From: the human T2T-CHM13v2.0 reference genome, Homo sapiens
Assembly (NCBI RefSeq): GCF_009914755.1
Contig: NC_060925.1
Length of the DNA stretch: 64,000 nt
Reading direction: 5' to 3' (one strand)
Shown one piece after another: positions 1 to 13,029 of this stretch. Numbering within the stretch: the first letter of the stretch is position 1; every line of letters starts with the position of its first letter. The translations under genes and the position numbers were made by a program. Below the pieces are notes generated by a model that had not been told where the DNA came from, did no database searches, and saw only the letters and a list, made by a program, of their open reading frames with translations.

Positions 1-1150
1 TCATTGACACCTCTAAATTATTGTTAATCAAATAGTGAACAGACATGGGATAAAGTGAGTTTTAGTGGTGTATTACGAAAATAATAGCTTAAGCATTTTT
101 AGTTTTATAAAGAATAATAGTGAGGTTTTACATTATCATTGATGGTGGAGAGCTTACATATGGGAGTGTAAGGTTAAAACATTTTCCAGTTCAAGAATCC
201 ATGAAGAGAGAATATAATAATTTATTTTCTTAAAGGAATGAATTTACAAACTGATTCCATTGAGGATCTAATAACAAAGCTGGTAGGTAGATGGTAGATT
301 GTTATATACAGCTAAACACATGTATTTAAAAAAAAAATCAGTGAGGGAGAATGAGAGAGAAGGTGTAAGAAGGCAGAGTGAGTTGATCCAAAGAAAGAGG
401 TGTAGTGAACATTATGAGAAAAGCCATGACAATAAGGACAGGAAGAACTCAAAGACCCAGTGGGACAGATTTGGGTCTGGAGAAGAGTGGGAAAAACACA
501 GAAATTGTTGCTAAAGTGAGATTCCACAAAGTAAAGTAGGGGAAGAACCTGAGAATGAGTGGTCACATTTTTAATGTGGGCATTATTCTAGCTAGGATGA
601 TGAAATAAAATACCTGAAGCCAAATAGAGTCCTCCAAAGGTTTATATGGTTTGAAACTACACTTTCTTTAGCAACTGTTAGTTTAGTCTCTGTTTAGATG
701 ACTATTACAAGAAAGACACATGCGTAGCACATGCGGAGCTGTTCTACTCCCTATTCTATGGCAAACATAAATAATACATTAGGACCCTTTTCCACCTAAA
801 GCCTGAACATGGTCTCACAACTCTCCTCGTTACAGTGCTTCAGAAAGCACTTGCCAACTAAAGTTGGCACATGACCAAAAATCTAGTTTCCTTGTCTATG
901 TTTAATCTGTAACGTTGTACTAATCAGAGTGACATAAAATCATCAAATAATATGAGTAGAAAAGACATCAAATGACATTGGGTTCAATTCTCAATCACAG
1001 TAGGTGAATCTTTGCATTATAATCTTCCTAAATTTTGACCTACAACGTGATTGAAAATAGAACCACTGGGAGAGCTTTTTAAAAGCAAGGCAAATTGTTA
1101 GGTTTAACATTTGGACATTTTGTTGCTCAACCCACTTCCTAAGATGAGGA

Positions 1151-1340
1151 TTATGGGCTGAATTGTCCTCCCCCACAAAAAAAAAAGTCGTATATTAAAA
1201 CCCTAACCCACATTACCTTAGAGTGTGACTGTATTTAGAGATAGGGCTTTAAAGAGGTAAGGATGTTAAAACAGGCTCATTAGGGTCAACCTTAATTCAA
1301 TATGACTGGTGTTCTAATAAGAAGAGATAAGGACAGAGGC
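1151..1340 (+). mobile_element. MLT1A/B-like MaLR LTR 5' fragment
   Basis: TATGGGCTGAATTGT...GTGACTGTATTTAGAGATAGGGC...TATGACTGGTGTTCTAATAAGAAGAG resembles the MLT1 5' consensus. Confidence 0.7.
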
Positions 1341-1723
1341 AAGGAATAACACAAACCACGAACAGGAAAACCTGCATCTTCTGGTTTGTTTTAAAATACG
1401 AAGGATAACCTGACACCCAGTGCAACGCAGAGACATATTTTAGACACACATAAACACAATTTTTAGATTCTACCTATCTTATAACAGCAATCCATGTCAC
1501 TCGGATAGTAACATTTTGGCTTTTGAGTCATCTATTATGCTTGCTTTCTTGCTAAAGACGTGCTCAGCTTTCAAAACTCAGATCAGCTATTACCTTGTTT
1601 TAAAGCATTTTCCAACTCTCCTTGTAATGACTACATATTTCTGTGTAAAGCTCTGTATGTATTGTTTCACATTTGATATCCTTTTGTCTTTATTTGTTTG
1701 CATGACTGCATTTTTTTTTTTTA

Positions 1724-1830
1724 CTAGACCATAAGCTTCTTGAGTACAAGAACTTACTCATCTTTATATCTTCAGTATTTACCACTGTTTTTGGCAAATA
1801 GTATTCAGTAAATATGAATTGAATTAAAGA
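1724..1830 (+). mobile_element. L2 3' end fragment
   Basis: ACTAGACCATAAGCTTCTTGAG...TTCAGTAAATATGAATTGAAT L2 tail pattern. Confidence 0.5.
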
Positions 1831-2654
1831 ATAAACCTATTTGAAATATGTTATCTAAATCTAATAGTTTTATGAATGTTTTTTGCAGGGTTCAGACAAC
1901 TGAAGAAGGTGTGTGCTTGCAACCTAAAAATTTATTAATTTCACCTAAATGTTAATAGGTGAAGCTGAGCTATTAGAAGTCATACTATATAGTATAATAC
2001 ATATGGACCATATCTCATTATCTTTGTGCCTCAGTGCCTACCACAGAAGGAGTAGGCAATTCATACTTTTTAAATAAGTAGATAAATGATAAATAAAAGA
2101 TGATTAATGTGTTCATTTATTGCCAACAAAATAAAACATCTGAAGCATTGACTTAGATAATATAAAGTATTACTTTTTTGAAAGTACTGAGAGTATTAAA
2201 TATAAAATAATATGTATCTCATCGAGTTTTTAAAGTAAAGTCTCTGATGGGATGTAATAAAATAGTTTCCTTAAACTATTTTACACTTAGTACATGAAGT
2301 GAAAGAAAAATAATGCACCTATGCAGATACTAATTGTGTCTTCCTGGAGTAGCTAGAGTTTTGGGCCAAGATTGAGAGAAACAGCAGTGTCACAACTAAA
2401 TGCATACAAAAGCAATTTATTGAAGATATATTTCATATTTCTGAGCACTGATGTTAATCTTTCACATTGGTCCTAAGTTTTAAAATATACAATTTAGAAC
2501 AAAATATATAATTTAGAACAAAATATATGAATAAGTGAATTATAATATTTTTATAGTTATATAATATATTATCAGCTTAGGGGAACAGAAAATACATTAT
2601 AAACCCAGTTTTATAAGTTACATTAATTTTTATTATTTAGTTTATTTTAGATTT

Positions 2655-2895
2655 TTTAGTCTAAAATAAATTCAGAGTTATAAAAAGTTGCAAAAATTTC
2701 ATAGGATTCTTATATATCTGACATCCAGTTTCCCAAAATATTAATATCTCTCATAAAATGATTACTGCTACAATGCTATTAAATAATCTACAGGCTTTTT
2801 TGAAAATCATTAATTGTTGCAGGATCCAATCCAAGATCACATATTGCACTTAGTTTTCATGCCTGTCTAGCCTCCTTTAAACTGGGACAGTTATT
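2655..2895 (-). mobile_element. Old L1MC-type 3' fragment
   Basis: TTATAAAAAGTTGCAAAAA...CAGGATCCAATCCAAGATCACATATTGCACTTAGTT typical of the L1MC4/5 3' end. Confidence 0.5.
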
Positions 2896-3067
2896 TAAAT
2901 TGAAGGCATTTCTATCTGTGATGAAAGAGTGAAAAAAAAAATTGTCCCTGAAAAGGCATGTGATATTATCATAATTTTTAGAGCATTAATTCTCTTCATG
3001 TATTAGGATCTGAAAACTTGTGAAATTGTAGTTAATTGCTTTCCCCCCCTAAAAATAACTTTTTCAG

Positions 3068-3270
3068 ATAGATTATATCCAAAGTAACTAAATCATTTCA
3101 AGGACATGAGTTTGGCCACTAGATGACAATATAACCCTTTTCTATTTGGCAGGAATTTTTTTTTTTTTTTTTTTTTTTAGTTTTGTTCAGATTTCCAGTT
3201 TAAGAATCACTACCAGTGGTGTCTTAACCAAAGGTTTTACAATATTCTGATACTATTTGGAGATATATGA
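3068..3270 (+). pseudogene. Dynein-like relic block (end of AAA1)
   Basis: TTTTCAG at 3061-3067; translations ..PLDDNITLFYL.. and DFQFKNHYQWCLNQRFYNILILFGDI* vs dynein QLSKQxHYD[FW]GLRxIxSVL; interrupted by a T-run at 3155-3178. Confidence 0.4.
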
Positions 3271-3452
3271 AAATCTTAGCAATGACATCTTATGCTAGAA
3301 GATTGAACATTGTACAAATCACATTGTCTTATAATTATCTGTTTACCTGTCTCTTCCACTATACTGTGAGGTACTTAGAGTACCTAGTATCCTGATTTAT
3401 TCCTGTGTTCATAGTAAGAGCATACCATGCTACAACCAATATATGTTTTCAG

Positions 3453-3555
3453 TATGTATGTGTGTGTATATATAAACATATATATACACATATATATAAA
3501 CATATATATACACATATATATACACATATATATATACACATATGTTATATATATA
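3453..3555. repeat. (TG)/(TA)/(CATATA)n microsatellite
   Basis: Directly visible dinucleotide array. Confidence 0.9.
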
Positions 3556-4934
3556 CTCTTTAATCCTGTTTTTTGGGAGAACTAAGAATTATTTTTAAAT
3601 TTGCTTTTTAAAGACTGATTTGGGGTCAGTTTCACCGGAAAACAACAGTTAGTAATTATGCAGTATTAATTAGCATTACAAAACTTTTTTGTTTGACTCA
3701 CCGTATCCTTCTTAGTTATCTTTCAGTCAAAAGTGACAATATAATCCAGGTTTAGACCAATTAATTGGAACTAGAAGTATGCTGTGGACTTCCTGCAGAC
3801 TTTTGCTGTTTTCCTATAGATGCTGTCTTTTTTCCTTTCCTTTATCTTCCACTGAAACAAATACATTATTACTCATTTATAATGGGTTGTGCAATAGGCG
3901 TCGTAGGATCATGAGAGGCTCTCTCAAGGGACAGCAGAAGACAATAGCAAAGTTGTAGGTCCACATTCAATGAGCTGCCGAAGAAACAACAGCAGTTGCC
4001 TACATCTAGAATATATGTATATGAGAAAAATTAGCCCTATATATTTGTGCCACTGTATCTTCACTCTATGTTACTTAAAGCTTGATTCATTTCTAATGAT
4101 GGATACAAATTTCATGTGTAATTTGGAAGGAGGGGCTGTTACTCTTTTAACCAGACTTCAAATTCTACAAGGGCAGGCATCATGTTTATCTTTGCTTTGT
4201 ATTAACTTTCTTAACTTTCTAGTGACTAATGCAGGGCCTCATACAAATTAGAAGGCTAATAAATATTTGCTAAATAAATGTATAAATGATTGAGCTATGA
4301 AGTCTGTAGGCATAGCTTATTTTAAATCGAAATATTCTTTTTGAAATGGTCATCCTTACTCAGAAAAAACAAACAAAAAGGTAATGAATTTTTCAGAAAT
4401 CAAAAGAAATTTCAAAAATTAATCAGAAATGATACCTGCTTTTTAATTATTTCTGCACATGAACTTTACTTTAGGCTTGCCGAGTTTCTACAACCTATTT
4501 CTTGATTAATTGTTTGCCCTTTATTCTGACTGAATGATCTTCAGCAAATATAGTGAATATCCCTCATCATCTCTAAGCTAATAATAACATATATCTGACT
4601 TTATGGCTTAATATAATGCTATTATAAAAGTCCAAATCATCTAAGGTTATTAAATATTCAGCTGCTTAAAAATTGGTAAGATTTTGTTATATTCATTACA
4701 GAAATGCTTGGCACCTGAGGAATTATTAGGTTAGGCTGGTATGGGAAGATTTGAGATAGATCTTGCCCTGTTTTGTATTAGGGTCATGGAAGCAGCAGAA
4801 AATAAAACTAGAAGGAACATTTATCATTAATTAATTTGTTCTCTTATTCTTTTAATATGCATTTTATTTTATGAAATGCATACTGTTTTATTGTCCATAA
4901 GTTAATTGAGAAATCGGTGTCATTAAAAACTTTG

Positions 4935-5243
4935 TGCCATGTCTGGTGGCTCATGCCTGTAATCTCAGCACTTTGGGAGGCAGAGGTAGGAGGATCCCTT
5001 GAGGCTAGGAGTTTGAGACCAGCCCGGGCAACATAGCTAGACCTCACCTCTACAAAAAGTAAAAAATTAGATGGGCATGGTGTCATATGCCTGTAATCCC
5101 AGGTACTCAGGAGTCTAAGGCAAGAGGATTGCCTGAACCCAGGAGTTTGAGGCTGCAGCGAGCTATGATCACACCACTGCACTCCAGTCTGAGTGACACA
5201 GCGAGTCCCTGTGTCATATTAAAAAAAAAAATTAAAGTAAAGA
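4935..5243 (+). mobile_element. AluJ-type element
   Basis: Dimeric Alu with A tail; TSD AAAAACTTTG at 4925-4934 and 5244-5253. Confidence 0.95.
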
Positions 5244-5814
5244 AAAAACTTTGAAGTTAAGCAAGGGAGGCAGATGAATAAGCCATGGTAATTTTGGGAG
5301 ATGGCAATACAAAGTTCACATTGAGCTAAGAATTTTTTTATTTATTTATTTTTTCTGGGCAGCAGCAACTAAGAGCCTAAGGAAGACCTGACGGTGGAAC
5401 TGTAGAACAACTTCAATGTTGTTCTGGTTGTTAGTTAATGCTAGTAAAGCCAAACTATGAGACGATATGGGGAGGCTAGAAGTTGAGCCTAACAGGTGAA
5501 CCAAGAAGCAAGAAGTTGTGTAAAAATACAGAAAGTATAGGCCAATTGGAGGTTAGGAAGCAATTTACATGAATTGTTGGTAGACAGAAATAGCTCACAT
5601 TGGAACTGCTGGATGGGGCTTTTTATCCTACTACCTCTGATCTTTAAGGAATATTGAGAACCATCTAGTTGCATTTAGAGTGAATGTAACAGCTTTTGTT
5701 TCTCCTCTTAGATAAAAGAATCTCATAAAAATAAATCATAATGAACATCATTCCTAGAATCTGTGGTCCTCTGTCACTTAAATACAATGATTTATTTTTC
5801 TAAATTACTAAACT

Positions 5815-6940
5815 TTTTTTCTAAGAAATTTTAGTTTACAAATAAAGGAAGCAGAAATTACACAGTTCCTATATATCCCTTCATTTCCCAAGTCCACAGT
5901 TTCTCCTATTATTAACATTTTGCATTAGTGTGGTACATTTATTATAATATATGAACCAATATCAATACATTATTATTAACTGACATCTTTTTTACACTGA
6001 GGCTCACTCTTTGTGTTGTACATTCTATAGGTTTTGACATATGTAATGACAGATACCCACCATTATCATATCAGACATAATAGTTTCTCTACCCTGAAAA
6101 TCCCCCAGGCTCTGCCTCTTCATCTCTTGTTCCCTCTCTAAGCCCCTGGCAATCATGAATCTTTTTTGTCTCTACATAGTTTTGCCTTTTCCAGAATGTC
6201 ATATAGTTGGAATCATACAGTATTAGCTTTCTCAGATTGTCTTCTTTCACTTAGCAGTGTTCATTTAAGTTACCTCCATGTCTTTTCATAGCTTGATAGC
6301 TCATTTCTCTTTAGGACTGAGTAACATTACATTGAATGAATGTATTGAAGTTTGCTCATCCATTTACTCATTGAAAGGATATCTTGGTTGCCTTCAAATT
6401 TTGACAATGATAAATGAAGTTGCTATAAATATTTGGGCACAGGTTTTGTGTGTGGACATACATATTCAACTCATTTCAGTAAACATCAAGGAATGTGATC
6501 ACTGGATCATATGGTAAGAGTATGCCTAGCTTTTGTAAGAAACTGCCAAACTGTCTTCCAAAGTGATTGTACCATTTCGAAGTACCACCAGCAATAAATA
6601 AGGGTTCCTGTTGTTCCAAATCCTTGTCAGCATTGATGTTGTCAGTGTTTTGGATTTTAGCCATTATAACAGGTGTATAATGATACATCATTGTTTTAAT
6701 TTATATTTCCCTGCTGCAATACGATGTTGAATATCTCTTCATATGCTTATTTTCCATCTGTGCATTTTCTTGGGTAAGATGTCTTTTCAGATACTCTACC
6801 CATTTTTTAACTGGGTTGTTTTTCTTTATGGTTGAGTTTTAAAAGTTTTTAGTATATTTTGAATACCAGCACTTTATCAGATATGTGTTTTGCAAATATT
6901 TTCTCCCGGTCTGTGGCTTGTCTTTTTAGTCCTTTCACAA
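5815..6940 (-). mobile_element. L1MC-type 3' end / ORF2 C-terminal fragment
   Basis: TTTTGCCTTTTCCAGAATGTCATATAGTTGGAATCATACAG etc.; minus ORF 6476-6691 resembles the L1 ORF2 C-terminus. Confidence 0.85.
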
Positions 6941-8351
6941 ATATTTATTTTTCAAGATAATGAAGTTGAAGATATACAATACAACAATGTTAAGCTGTAT
7001 TCATAATTAGTAGAGATTTTCCATAGCAGCAAAATATTATGTGATCATGATTATTTTAGATGACTAAGAAAATTTAATAAATGATATAATATTAAATAAA
7101 TCTCAAATATTCCTGGGAAAATTATCATCTATTATTTGAAATTTCTGAAAAATATGTGTTTAGTGGCAGTGTTGGCTATCTGTGCTGTTAATTAATGGAG
7201 TTGAAAGAAATGAAATGCTTTCAGGTTTTATTAGATATAATGTGTCTATAAATAGCAAATGTTTTACAGCAATGACCTCTTCCATGTTGTTAAATATATA
7301 CAAAGGATACAGAGGCTTCCAAGTTTTTCACAGTAAGCATTATGCATAAGCTTAGGTATCATAAACTACGTATTGATAAGCAGCCTGTATTTATCAAAAA
7401 TATGGTACTTGATAATGTAAAAAAAGAAGTAATTCAACTTAATTTGTACTAACTAGTCAAATTATGTTAATTTTGATCAAGTAAGTGAGAATACTACTAT
7501 ATTGGGATTCCCAATTGCAAGCAAACTAATTCAGGCTGATTTAAGTAAAACAAACAAACTTATTTTGATGTATTTATGGCTCGTGTGACAGAGGCGAATA
7601 ACTTTTGAAAAGATGTACTTTTCTTATATCAAATAGGATTGTTGCTGAGGAATTGTTGCAACCTATGGACTGTAAGTATATTTCCCTTCACCTGTGAGTT
7701 CATGTGTGTTTGGTATCTGGGTCTCACCAAGGAGAATGCACAGGAGACAGGATTTTTTTTTTTTTTTTAAGTAGAGTAACTTTTCCATGCCGTCTTTTCT
7801 TTTGCTCTAACCACAAATGTTGAAGAAGTCCTAGAGGTTTAGAATGAAAACAGCCTGAGTCATCCACTACCAAAACACCCTCTAAGGTTGTTAAATTGAT
7901 AAGAAAGGAACTTCCATGCTTTAGGCTACTGAAATTGTGTTGATTTATTACAACAACTGCCATAGTTACCTTAACTGGTAAATTCACAGATTTGTTGGAA
8001 TCCTGACCAAACTGGAAAAGTGGCAGTAACCATGGAAAAGTCAAAGACAAAATGACAGCCAAATCACACCAGTAAATAAGTGGAGTGAAGACACGTCTGT
8101 TTTCACAGCTGAACACTGGAAATTGCAAATTTGATTGCCACTGGCATTGGATGCTGGAACTGCTTCTGTTTTTACTGACACTAGCATACCGGGATACTTC
8201 GAAGTTGCTGTAGTCTCTGCAATATTGAGTGTTGGAAGGTGCTAGAAAATGAGTGTCTGTCTTTTTTGTCTTTTATACTGGAAGGCAATCACCTAGACCT
8301 ATGCTGGAGAGTCATCCTACAAGGTCATTCAAATGTACAATAAACTGGTAT

Positions 8352-8790
8352 GTGTATTAGTTACTTATTACAGTACAATAAGTTAATCACAAATATGAAT
8401 GACTAAAACAAAAAATGTTTAGTATCTTGCAGTTTCTCTGGTCAGGAATGTATTGGCAGCTTAACTGAGTGGTTCTAGCTCAAGGTCTTTCATGAAGGAC
8501 CTGGTAGGGGCTGCAGGCATCTGCTGTCTTGACAGGAGCTGGGGAATTTGCTTACACGGTGACCCACTCACATGGCCATTGGAAGGAGGCACCAATTTCC
8601 TGCCACATGGGCCTCTTCGTAGGACTACATTTGTGTTATCATGATGTAGCAGCTGGCTTCTCCAGCGTGAGTAACGTAAGGGGGAGGAAGACAGGCAGAA
8701 GCCACGATTTTTGTTATAACTTAGCCTCATAAACTACATGTCATCACTTCTGTCATATTTATTGATCACATAAAGCAACAATGATATAAA
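8352..8790 (-). mobile_element. MLT1H-like MaLR LTR
   Basis: TGTATTAGTT terminus, GGTCAGGAAT..GCAGCTTAACTGAGTGGTTCT..GGTCTTTCATGA, CACTCACATGGC. Confidence 0.65.
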
Positions 8791-9229
8791 GAAGAAGAGT
8801 AGAGTTTATTTCATCACTTACATTTCAATTTTGGCTACTTAATTTTAATCATAGAGTCTACAATAGGGGTTTATTTTATTAATCCAAGTAGTACCAAATA
8901 TTACTCTGAGTTTGTTTAATTAATATCCCTATGAATTCCTGGGGTTTCAGTCCACTTTGGGAAGAGGCTAGTTTGTTTTCATATCTTAAAAGTGAGTAAT
9001 ATCAGCATTGTTGGTAATTCTATACCTTCATATTCCCAAAGTAGTATCAAGCAAATACATGGTAAGAGTGAGCATGAGAAGTTGATGCTGTTCAGTTATC
9101 TGGATAGCAGGCTAAGCATTATTGATAGAAAAATCTGCAGCTATACTCAGAAAACTCAGAACTTCATGGCAACTTTTTTTTAAATTAAAATACAGTTCTT
9201 AAGGTTTCAAAGTTTTATTTCTGTTTTTG

Positions 9230-9978
9230 TCAAATAAAACTGTTCTTTCAGAGACCAATAGTTAGAGGAAGAAACAAATTATATGGACCTCTGGTACAAT
9301 TTCCCAATCTGTGAGCTACCAGACCTGAGTGTTTTGGTAAGAGGTCCACAAAATCAAATATAACATTCCATTGTCTGCAGACCAGTTAATGACTGCATAG
9401 TATTTTAATGTATGTCATATGTACAAATACAAAAATATCCTCCAAAATGGGAAGATTGGGAACACAAATTAGAGCCATCAAATAAAACTGTTCTTTCAGA
9501 GACCAATAGTTAGAGGAAGAAACAAATTATATGGACCTCTGGTACAATTTCCCAATCTGTGAGCTACCAGACCTGAGTGTTTTGGTAAGAGGTCCACAAA
9601 ATCAAATATAACATTCCATTGTCTGCAGACCAGTTAATGACTGCATAGTATTTTAATGTATGTCATATGTACAAATACAAAAATATCCTCCAAAATGGGA
9701 AGATTGGGAACACAAATTAGAGCCATCAAATAAAACTGTTCTTTCAGAGACCAATAGTTAGAGGAAGAAACAAATTATATGGACCTCTGGTACAATTTCC
9801 CAATCTGTGAGCTACCAGACCTGAGTGTTTTGGTAAGAGGTCCACAAAATCAAATATAACATTCCATTGTCTGCAGACCAGTTAATGACTGCATAGTATT
9901 TTAATGTATGTCATATGTACAAATACAAAAATATCCTCCAAAATGGGAAGATTGGGAACACAAATTAGAGCCATCAAA
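9230..9978. repeat. Perfect tandem triplication of a 248-bp unit
   Basis: Units start at 9231, 9479 and 9727; no differences found by eye; TCAAA microhomology at the junctions and ends. Confidence 0.97.
9252..9336 (+). pseudogene. Candidate relic exon (repeated at 9500-9584 and 9748-9832)
   Basis: TGTTCTTTCAG acceptor and TTG|GTAAGA donor; DQ*LEEETNYMDLWYNFPICELPDLSVL. Confidence 0.45.
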
Positions 9979-10184
9979 AATGCACATTTTTCCAATTCCA
10001 GGTGACTGATTAATTTGTAAATGGATTCAACCATACTCTTTGGGTTTCAATTTTGTACAAGGCAATGCACACAAATACATATGTATCAACCAACAATTAG
10101 GATGTACATTTTATGTCTTAAATATCCTGTCATTGATATTTGAGTGGAGTTTTATTGGGATCCAATTGTATCTACTTTCTGCAG

Positions 10185-10352
10185 GGGACAAATTAGTTCA
10201 TACCTTATCTTGACTTATAGAGGAATTACTTTTTCAACAGTTTGGAGAGGTGTACAATTTACCATACCTTCTGACCTGTATTATCTTACTTTTACGGTGA
10301 ATAATAGCAACAAGATATTTTGATCAGAAAAATCCTGGTATTTACTACTGAG
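10185..10352 (+). pseudogene. Candidate relic exon (dynein NLPK region)
   Basis: TTTCTGCAG / GAG|GTAGTG; IEELLFQQFGEVYNLPYLLTCIILLLR*IIATRYF vs dynein E..L...L.D.NLPK....D..LF..II.DLF. Confidence 0.4.
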
Positions 10353-11034
10353 GTAGTGGTGAAATAAAATGACAAACATTCCTTATCTGATAAAAATATA
10401 TGCAAACCAGCTTTTGTCTTAACCAGTAGAATAATAAGAAATAGATTAGTTCCCTTCTCCATTTTCTGTAGCCTTATATTTGTTTACCTATGCATGATGA
10501 AAAGCAGATTACTTTCTGATTACACTGAAGGGTTATTCATGTTATTTGGGGTATTATATTTTTAGGATTATGTATTATTGCATTTTATTGTAAAAACGTA
10601 TGCTGTAGTCTTATGGAATAATAAAGTAATGACTATGTCATAAAGAAATAATGTAAACATTGACTTAATTTCTTGGCAATACTTTATAACAAGTATTTCT
10701 TATGGCTTACAGGAAAATTAGTAGTTTCTGCACTTAATTTATTGTTTAACTCATTATAATTTCAATTTATTTCCTAGCATCCCACTACCTAAATAGCTTT
10801 TAATAAAGTTGCTTATTATCTCGAGTCTCTTTTTTTCTCTGATTTTATTTTAGTTTTTACTGTTCAGAAAATCTGTCTGGCATTTTACACTTTACTACAC
10901 AACTCATCCTTCTCAAGACTCTCTCATTACCTGGCTTTTGGGACACTGCGGCTTCAGGTTTGCCTACTTTTCTGAGCCATTTTCCATCCCTACTTTCATT
11001 TCTCCCTCCCTCCTTTCCTTCCTATCTGTCTTTC

Positions 11035-11095
11035 TTATTTATTTATTTATTTATTCATTCACTCATTCATTCATTCATTCATTCATTCATTCATT
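11035..11095. repeat. (TTTA)n(TTCA)n microsatellite
   Basis: Direct observation. Confidence 0.85.
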
Positions 11096-11209
11096 TTTGG
11101 CTACTCTTGCTTATCCTGATCCTTTTATGCTTTTATTCTAAAGCTTTTGCATTTGCTGTTTTTTTAAAACTTTATTTATTAGTGTTTCTTAATTTTAACT
11201 TCACATAGC

Positions 11210-11352
11210 AATCACCAGGTAAGTTTTTCTAACACAGCAACACCTGGCCCCAACCACAGAAATGTTGTTTATGGGGTGAATCCTGGGTATTTTATTTTTT
11301 TAAAAAAAGCTTCCTAGGTAGCTTTAAACTGTAGACAGATTTGAGAACCACT
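11210..11352. mobile_element. MER5-type hAT-Charlie MITE fragment
   Basis: AATCACCAGG...CCTGGCCCCAACCACAGA...TTTGAGAACCACT terminal motif. Confidence 0.6.
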
Positions 11353-12962
11353 ACTATTTACATTTTCGTAGAGTGATCTCATCCACTCATAAAACTTCAA
11401 CTACCTACTTTACACAGAAGATTTATAAATATGTATCAGCAGCTCTAGCTTGTCTCCTAAGCCCTTGCCTGTTATACATACTTGCCAGTTTGGATTCTTT
11501 CTTTTCTTCTTTCAATCATTGAATGTTTTTTAAGTGCTACCATGTGCTAGACACTGTGCTAGACATGAGGATTCAGACATGAGCTACACATAGTTCCAGC
11601 TCTCAGGGACTTTGAGAAGCACAGTATATGGAATAAAGACAACAGACAACTAAATGTTACGGTGTCATAGTCTAGAAAGGGGTAAGAAGAGGAGGATATA
11701 GGACATGAATATAAACCAGATTAGGGCAGATGTTTATAATTTTCACGAATTTAATCCTGGATATGTATGAAAGGCAAAACATATCTTAAAAATAGAAATA
11801 AATTTCCAGGTATAAAAGATATGGCATGGAGAGAGAGAAGATAAATCTCAGGAATAGACACAAGGAAAACTAGGATGGAATTGGGGCAGCACCCATAGAG
11901 GCTTCTCCTTCAGAGCTTCTTCCTATTAATGATTTCCTAGTGAAATACTTTTATGCCTTTACTTCATAGAACAAATTTATCTGTTACTGAAAGAATTTTG
12001 GTCAAAATTTATATTTATGCCCTCAAATGCAAAACAATATATTGGAAATCTCATTACTTTCCAAAACAATTGGTAAAATGTCTGATTCATGTGTAGATGT
12101 TTGAAAACTCACGTTGACTATCAGCAATAGGGACATGCATCTCCATTGCTACTGGTGCTGTTAGAAGATTCACATTCCCATACCCTATTCATTCCTCTCT
12201 CTGGATACTTTGTCACCATCCTGAATTTTTTTTTTCTTTTCATTTTTAGCTTTTGTTCTTGCCTACAGTCATGTAATGAGGAACAAAAATTAAAACAAAA
12301 AAATAGAAAGAATGCTCACACAAAAGGTAATAAGAGGTTTGATGAAAGTGATTACATTTGAAGCACTACAAGTATATACAAAGAAAATGACTAGCAAGAT
12401 TACAAGCAAAGATGCATTTTGCAATTTGTGCATATTGGAGCATTGACCAGCTGCCCTGCAGAGTTACTGAGCCTTCTTGTCTTAGAGTCCTTTGATGCAC
12501 CAAAATAGTGGAAACTGTCAGTTCCTCTGAGTCTGGTAATTAGCTGAAATTTACTCTTCAACACCCATCTATTCAGCACCATAATGTTTCATAACCAGTG
12601 ACATACTGTGCCTGCTTCAAACCTACTCTCTTCTCCGTCTTTAAGCTTTTAAAGCTTTTATTCCCCTTCTCACTTGAGAATAAAACTTTTTTCATGAAAT
12701 CACCTTGCTTTTTTTTAATTAAACATTTTTTATTTTCTTTGTTCTAACAAAAATGTATTCATTTGTGGATTTTTTGCCTTGTTATATTGTAAATGCCAAC
12801 ATTTATGGCCTGGGATGCAAACACTACACATTATTGAATAAAAATCAATGGCTTATTAACAAACATATTGATTGTTTAGTAATGAGATGAAGATATGTTT
12901 ACATATCATGCACTCTGACCCTATCAATTGTAATGAATCTAAGTTTTTTTCAAATGTTGTAG

Positions 12963-13013
12963 CTCCATTGTTCAGAAATTAGTGGAAGGCTTCAGCTTGA
13001 TAAGTAACCCTTG
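12963..13013 (+). pseudogene. Candidate relic exon, 51 nt
   Basis: TTGTAG acceptor, TG|GTAAGT donor; open frame SIVQKLVEGFSLISNP(W) vs DNAH5 AISRQVEEAGLINHPPW (recalled). Confidence 0.55.
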
Positions 13014-13029
13014 GTAAGTTTGTTTACTG

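Noticed and set aside
2327-2469. Possible additional dynein relic exon (ILIVSSWSS*SFGPRLRETAV..)
   Set aside because: Weak splice signals and no convincing motif.
7724-8128. 134-aa minus-strand ORF
   Set aside because: Non-ATG start, runs through a homopolymer, no recognisable domain.
9284-9348. Inverted repeat TGGACCTCT/AGAGGTCCA as a miRNA or MITE hairpin
   Set aside because: Only 9 bp paired around a 47-nt interior; insufficient for a pre-miRNA or TIR call.
9230-9978. CRISPR-like or satellite array
   Set aside because: No unique spacers, eukaryotic context, only three identical long units.
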